From assembly GCA_963814375.1 (NCBI GenBank), contig CAWFCQ010000002.1, positions 128,001 through 192,000 on the forward strand: 64,000 nucleotides of DNA, given 5' to 3'. The first letter of the stretch is position 1; the number at the start of each line of letters is the position of its first letter. Source of the stretch: an uncultured Chloroflexia bacterium (GTDB taxonomy: Bacteria > Chloroflexota > Limnocylindria > QHBO01). The notes below the pieces were generated by a model. It worked only from the letters and a program-made list of their open reading frames with translations. It had not been told where the DNA came from and made no database searches. Position numbers and translations under genes: made by a program. Below, piece by piece: positions 59,131 to 64,000 of the stretch.

Positions 59131-60329
59131 GCGGTGGAGCGTAGCGTCCGGGGCCGGAACAGCACCATCGCCGCCGACGCGACGAGCGGCGCGATGACGC
59201 CAACCAGCATGCCGGCCACGACGTCAACACGGTCCCACAGCTCGGCCGCGGCGAGCGCGCCGACCACGATCCCGAGCGAGGACAGCGCGTTGATGACGCC
59301 GAACGTTCGGCCCAGCCGGCGTTCGCCGGCGGTGTCCGCCAGCAGCGCATACCAGGCCGCCGAAAAGGCCGTCAGGCCGCCGCCGGCCACGACGGCGAGC
59401 CCGTAGATGGCCGCCTGCGGCAGCCCCATGACCAGCCCGAGACCGAACGCAGCGATCGCCGGCGGGGCGGCGATGGCGATCGTGCGCCGCCCGATCCGGT
59501 CGGCCATGTGCGCGAGCGCGGGACCGAGGAGGATGCTGCCAAGGCCGAAGAAGGAGAAGGCGATGCCGACCTCGACGATCGACCATCCCAGGTTGGTGGT
59601 GGCCAGGGGCGCGTAAGTCGTGATGAAGCCGCCGTAAGCGGCCAGCAGAGCGAGGTTGGCCGCCAGCAGGGCCGCCAGCGACCCGACGGCCACCGGCTCG
59701 GACTCGCCGATCTCGGCCTCGGCCGCTTCAGCCCGCCGGCGGGGAGAGGGGAGGAAGAGCGTGCCGATGAGGGCCAGCGTGCTGGTCACCGCCACGATGA
59801 CGAACGGAGCGCGAAGGCCGCCGATCGCGGCGGCGAAGCCTCCGACCGCCGGACCGGCGACGGAGCCGGCCGACTGAGCGGCCGAGATGACGCCGTTGGC
59901 GAAGGCGCGGCGCGCCGGCTGCGCGACCTGTGCCAGGTAGATGCGTTCGGTCACGATCATCGTTCCCCCGCCGAACCCGGCGGCGGTGCGCCACACCAGC
60001 AGCCAGGCGGCGGTCGCCGCGGTGGCGATGAGCGCGTTCATCGCCGCATACAGCCCGAGGCCCGCCGTCATGAGGCGTCGTGCGCCCCATCGCTCGGAGA
60101 GGAATCCTCCACCCAGCTGACCGGCGGCATTCGTGATCGCAAACGCGCTGGTCACCAGCCCGAGCATGAACGGCGGCGCGCCGAGCTCGCTGGCATAGAG
60201 GGGCAGAAGCGGGAGCATGACAGAGATCCCGACCTGGCTGATGAACCCGATGAGGGCCAGCAGCCCGAGGGCCGGATCGATGGCCCCGACGAGACGCGAG
60301 GCGGGTGAGCTCGCCGGGCGATCCGACAC
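59127..60329 (-). CDS. MFS transporter
   Basis: About 12 TM helices; GFLSERWGARR and ADRIGRR motif A repeats. Confidence 0.9.
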   Translation of the reverse strand: MSDRPASSPASRLVGAIDPALGLLALIGFISQVGISVMLPLLPLYASELGAPPFMLGLVTSAFAITNAAGQLGGGFLSERWGARRLMTAGLGLYAAMNALIATAATAAWLLVWRTAAGFGGGTMIVTERIYLAQVAQPARRAFANGVISAAQSAGSVAGPAVGGFAAAIGGLRAPFVIVAVTSTLALIGTLFLPSPRRRAEAAEAEIGESEPVAVGSLAALLAANLALLAAYGGFITTYAPLATTNLGWSIVEVGIAFSFFGLGSILLGPALAHMADRIGRRTIAIAAPPAIAAFGLGLVMGLPQAAIYGLAVVAGGGLTAFSAAWYALLADTAGERRLGRTFGVINALSSLGIVVGALAAAELWDRVDVVAGMLVGVIAPLVASAAMVLFRPRTLRSTA

Positions 60330-60354
60330 GCGCCGAATGGTAGCGTGCGGCCGC

Positions 60355-61287
60355 TCAGGCCTCGGGCACGGCGGCGCCGACGGAGCGGCGCTGGGCCCTG
60401 CTCGAGAGGTGGCGCCGCTCGGTGAGGACGGCCAGCGGCAGCTCCGCCGCGAACAGCACGAGCGCCACGGCCAGGATCACCGGCTCCCTCGTCGCCAGCC
60501 CCATCGCCACCAGCGCGACGAGGAAGACGAGGTGAATGGTGAGGCGCGTGAAGAAGGCGGCGCGCAGGTCGAGGATCGCGAACGCCGCCCCGTCGGGCCG
60601 GCCGCGATCCGGGCCGAAGACGCCCCAGCCGGCCACGGCGAGGAAAACGACGAAGGTGAGCCCGAAGAGGCCGAGGCCGCCCCCGGGCGACGGATCGGTG
60701 AACGGCTGGACGATCGCGAACGGCACGATGCTGACGAGAAGGATGAAGAACGCGGGGATCGGCACCGCCAGCTGAAGCCACTCGAGGCTCGTCCGCCGCT
60801 GGCACGCGTCGCGGAGCCAGCGCGTGAGGATGCTGAACGCGAAGGTCACGAACAGCCATGAGTAGAAGTTCCCGGCCGGCACCCCGAACCAGCCGTCGGT
60901 CAGGCCGACCTCGCGCCACGTCCACAGACCCATGCGGATGGCGACGGCATCGAACGCCAGGTCGAGCATAAGCGCCAGCACGCTGTCGACGAACGGCGCG
61001 TACCGGCGACGGACGCCCAGGGCGTCGGTGATGCGCATGGCGCCGGCGATGATCAGCGCCCAGGTGAGACCGATGACGACCGGCGCGCGATCGATGCTGA
61101 GGATGAAGTCCGGCGAGTACTGGTAGGTCTCGAAGATCAGCTGATCGCCTTCCTCGAGGAGGAGCCCGAAGGCAGCGGCGCTCACCAGCTCGAGGAACGG
61201 CAGCCGGCCCCGGCGCAGTGCCAGCCAGGCGGCGATCACGAAGAAGGTGACGGCGCCCAGCTCGATCACGACGTACATCGGATTCAT
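60355..61287 (-). CDS. Carotenoid biosynthesis protein family (CruF/DUF422) membrane protein
   Basis: GLLLEE, LDLAFDAVA..GLWTW and WFGVPAGNFYSW match the CruF-family pattern. ATG at 61287. Confidence 0.75.
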   Translation of the reverse strand: MNPMYVVIELGAVTFFVIAAWLALRRGRLPFLELVSAAAFGLLLEEGDQLIFETYQYSPDFILSIDRAPVVIGLTWALIIAGAMRITDALGVRRRYAPFVDSVLALMLDLAFDAVAIRMGLWTWREVGLTDGWFGVPAGNFYSWLFVTFAFSILTRWLRDACQRRTSLEWLQLAVPIPAFFILLVSIVPFAIVQPFTDPSPGGGLGLFGLTFVVFLAVAGWGVFGPDRGRPDGAAFAILDLRAAFFTRLTIHLVFLVALVAMGLATREPVILAVALVLFAAELPLAVLTERRHLSSRAQRRSVGAAVPEA

Positions 61288-61369
61288 GCGCGCTGATAGT
61301 AGCAAGTTTCGGAGATCGATCAAGGCCGGCGGGTCGGGGCCCGGGCCTTCCGGTCGTAGAATGCCGCCC

Positions 61370-62818
61370 ATGACGACCGAGGTCCGCGCCCCCACCGTGC
61401 CGATCTATCTCGCCGGCGAGATGGTCGAGACCGGCGCCCCCCTCGAGGTCATCGATCCGGCCACTGGCGAGCCGGTCGCGGTCACCTTCCAGGCGGGCAC
61501 CGCCGAGCTCGAGCGGGCGACCGCCGCCGCGGTCGATGCCTTCCAGCACACCAGGCGCCTGCCGAGCTACGCGCGCCGCGACGCACTGGCCCACGTCGCG
61601 TCATGCATCGAGCGCGACGCCGACGAGCTGACGGTCCTGCTCTCGCGCGAGTCGGGCAAGCCGGTGAAGGACGCACGAGGGGAGGTGCTGCGCGGCGCGC
61701 TCACCTTCCGCACCGCCGCGGAGGAGGCGCTGCGCATCAACGGGGAGTGGCTGCCGCTCGACTGGGCGCCGGCCAACACGGGCCGCCACGGGATCGTGCG
61801 GCGGTACCCGATCGGCCCGGTCGCGGGGATCAGCCCATTCAACTTCCCGCTGAACCTGGCGGCTCACAAGGTGGCCCCGGCGATCGCCGCCGGCTGCAGC
61901 ATCGTCCTCAAGCCGCCGTCGAAGGATCCGCTCGTCATGCTGCGCGTGGCGGCGTACCTCGGCGAGACCGACCTCCCGGCCGGGGCGGTGAGCATCCTGC
62001 CGATGGATCGGCCAACCGGCGACCGGATGGTGTCCGACGATCGATTCAAGCTCCTCAGCTTCACCGGATCGCCATCGGTTGGCTGGAAGATGAAGGCGGA
62101 CGCCGGCAAGAAGAAGGTCGTCCTCGAGCTCGGCGGCAACGCGGGCGCCATCGTCGACGAGTCGGCCGACCTCGACTGGGCGGTCGAGCGCCTCGTGTAC
62201 GGCGCATTCGCCTATGCCGGCCAGGTGTGCATCAGCGTCCAGCGCATCTACGTCGTCCGGGCGGTCTTCGACGAGTTCGCTCGTCGCTTCGTCGAGCGCA
62301 CGGGGACGGTGATCGTCGGCGATCCGCTCGATCCGCAGACCGACCTCGGGCCGATGGTCGACGAGAAGGCGGTGCAGCGGACCCACCAGTGGGTGAGCGA
62401 GGCGATCGACAGCGGCGCGCGCGCTCTCGTCGCGGGCGAGCCCGACGGACGCTGGTACGGGCCAACCGTCCTCGTCGACGTGCCGCGCGAGGCCATGATC
62501 TGCTCGGAGGAGGCCTTCGCGCCGGTCGTCAACCTCTTCCCCGTCGACTCGTTCGCCGATGCCATCGGCGCCATCAACGACAGCCGTTTCGGCCTCCAGT
62601 GCGGCGTCTTCACCGGCTCGCTCGACCACGCTCTCCTTGCGCACGACGAGCTCGAGGTCGGCGGCGTCATCGTCAACGACATCCCGACCTGGCGCACCGA
62701 CGCCATGCCGTACGGTGGGGTCAAGGACTCGGGGCTCGGCCGCGAGGGGCTGCGCTGGAGCATCGAGGACATGACCGAGCCGCGCCTGCTCGCCTTCGCC
62801 CGTCCGCCGGGCCGGTGA
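61370..62818 (+). CDS. Aldehyde dehydrogenase family protein
   Basis: ISPFNFP, LKP, FTGS, LELGGN, AGQVCIS, EEAFAP and PYGGVKDSG.GREG. Confidence 0.95.
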   Translation: MTTEVRAPTVPIYLAGEMVETGAPLEVIDPATGEPVAVTFQAGTAELERATAAAVDAFQHTRRLPSYARRDALAHVASCIERDADELTVLLSRESGKPVKDARGEVLRGALTFRTAAEEALRINGEWLPLDWAPANTGRHGIVRRYPIGPVAGISPFNFPLNLAAHKVAPAIAAGCSIVLKPPSKDPLVMLRVAAYLGETDLPAGAVSILPMDRPTGDRMVSDDRFKLLSFTGSPSVGWKMKADAGKKKVVLELGGNAGAIVDESADLDWAVERLVYGAFAYAGQVCISVQRIYVVRAVFDEFARRFVERTGTVIVGDPLDPQTDLGPMVDEKAVQRTHQWVSEAIDSGARALVAGEPDGRWYGPTVLVDVPREAMICSEEAFAPVVNLFPVDSFADAIGAINDSRFGLQCGVFTGSLDHALLAHDELEVGGVIVNDIPTWRTDAMPYGGVKDSGLGREGLRWSIEDMTEPRLLAFARPPGR

Positions 62819-62828
62819 GTCGAGGCCG

Positions 62829-63188
62829 ATGACGACGACGACGGTCCGCTTCGCGCGCATCCTGCCCGCCTCCGAGCTGCGCGACGGCGAGCTGCTGCCG
62901 GTCGAGATCGACGGCACGCCGGTCGTCCTCGTCCGCCATGCCGGTGAGTTCTTCGCCGTGCAGAACAACTGCAGCCACAAGGACTTTCCGCTCTCGGAGG
63001 CCGGCTTCGACCCGCGTGACGGCGTGCTCGTCTGCGCATGGCACGGCGGCTGCTTCGACGTCCGGACCGGCGACGCCGTCGTCCCACCGGCGACGGAGCC
63101 GGTCGAGACGTTCCCGGTGCGCGTGAACGATGGCTGGGTCGAGATCGGCCTCACCGGCAGCCTCGTGCCCGAGCGCGGAGCGGCCTGA
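62829..63188 (+). CDS. Rieske-type [2Fe-2S] ferredoxin
   Basis: CSH...CAWHGGCFDVRTG. Confidence 0.92.
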   Translation: MTTTTVRFARILPASELRDGELLPVEIDGTPVVLVRHAGEFFAVQNNCSHKDFPLSEAGFDPRDGVLVCAWHGGCFDVRTGDAVVPPATEPVETFPVRVNDGWVEIGLTGSLVPERGAA

Positions 63189-63197
63189 CGACCACCG

Positions 63198-63974
63198 ATG
63201 AGCGTCGAGGCACTTCCGTACGTCAACTGGATCTTCTGGGCTGCCCTATCGGCCGGCACGATGCTGGCGGTCGGCATCACCGAGCGGCTCGGCGGCACCA
63301 CGCGCGGGTATCGGCTCTTCATGGCCTGGCTGGTGGTTGCCTTCGCCGCCGTCCTGCTGGCCAGCGACCTCGCCCTGCCGTCTGACGTACCGGCCGCGGC
63401 GACCCTCGAGGCCCGGCGGCCGCTCACGTTTGCGTTCTGCGCTGGTGCCCTCGCCTATCTCGTCGCGTCGCTGCGCGGTTGGCCCCGCACCTGGCTCGCG
63501 ATCGGGGTGGGCATTGTCGGCCTCGGCGCCTTGGTGACGCTGGCGGCGGCGGGCGGGACGGACAGCGCGCTCCTCTTCGCGGGCCAGCTGGTGCTCGCCG
63601 CACTGGCCCTCGGAGCGGTGACCTCCGCCATGCTGCTCGGGCACTGGTACCTGGTGACGCCCAAGCTCTCGCCCGCACCACTCCGCCGCCTGATGTGGCT
63701 GCTCGTCGCCTGCCTCTCGCTCCAGGCCGTCGCCTTCATCGCTGCGATCGTCGGCGGCCCGGAAGCGCTGGTCGGGGGTATCGGCTGGCTCACGTGGCTC
63801 CGGCTCGGCGTCGGAATCCTCCTGCCGATCGCGGTCACCATTCTCGCGATCCTGGCATCGAACGCCGCTTCGCTCCAGGCGTCCACCGGCCTGCTGTACG
63901 TCGGCCTCGCACTTGTGATGGCCGGCTCGATCGCCGGCGCCAGCATCGCCTACCTCACAGGCGTCCCGGTCTGA
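63198..63974 (+). CDS. Multi-pass membrane protein with AMLLGHWYL motif
   Basis: About 8 TM helices; AMLLGHWYLVTPKL and a C-terminal STGLLYV. Confidence 0.75.
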   Translation: MSVEALPYVNWIFWAALSAGTMLAVGITERLGGTTRGYRLFMAWLVVAFAAVLLASDLALPSDVPAAATLEARRPLTFAFCAGALAYLVASLRGWPRTWLAIGVGIVGLGALVTLAAAGGTDSALLFAGQLVLAALALGAVTSAMLLGHWYLVTPKLSPAPLRRLMWLLVACLSLQAVAFIAAIVGGPEALVGGIGWLTWLRLGVGILLPIAVTILAILASNAASLQASTGLLYVGLALVMAGSIAGASIAYLTGVPV

Positions 63975-63977
63975 CCG

Positions 63978-64000
63978 ATGCGCGTCACCGTTCGCACGTT
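63978..64000 (+). CDS. Start of a probable MoaD/ThiS sulfur-carrier (or MoaD-MoaE) gene
   Basis: ATG 3 nt after the preceding stop; MRVTVRT(F) resembles the MoaD N-terminus. Only 7 full codons are visible. Confidence 0.4.

Overview
Very high-GC bacterial chromosomal window. The gene content suggests a monoderm soil or freshwater lineage such as Chloroflexota or Actinomycetota; this is inference only. I saw no rRNA, tRNA, CRISPR array, integrase or transposase. From left to right: a partial ECF sigma factor; a membrane-anchored SH3-like protein preceded by a sigma70-type promoter, a long leader hairpin and DnaA-box-like 9-mers; a polar amino-acid ABC transporter; a frameshifted SAM hydrolase (DUF62) and a frameshifted beta-CASP nuclease; LigC and Prim-PolC repair genes flanking DUF885, GNAT and DinB genes; YihY, an M23 peptidase and glgP; an unusual HTH plus acidic-linker protein; a ~190-nt rod-shaped RNA candidate (6S-like); pncA; a CxxC zinc-ribbon gene with a structured leader that can sequester its SD; a full pentose-phosphate operon (tkt-tal-pgi-gnd-zwf-opcA-pgl); a ~20-kb surface-glycan locus (DegT, epimerase, a small regulator-like pair, a giant GSDH/NPCBM/Ig/FG-GAP protein, two AsnB amidotransferases, two GT4s, a beta-helix protein, a Wzy/ligase, a priming transferase and Wzz); cysS; Nudix; fabD-fabF-fabF; M20 peptidase, MFS, CruF-like protein, ALDH, Rieske ferredoxin, a GHWYL membrane protein and a probable MoaD start. 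The most notable signals are the unannotated structured RNAs and cis-elements and the regulatory module inside the glycan locus. All structures were paired by eye; no database searches were run.
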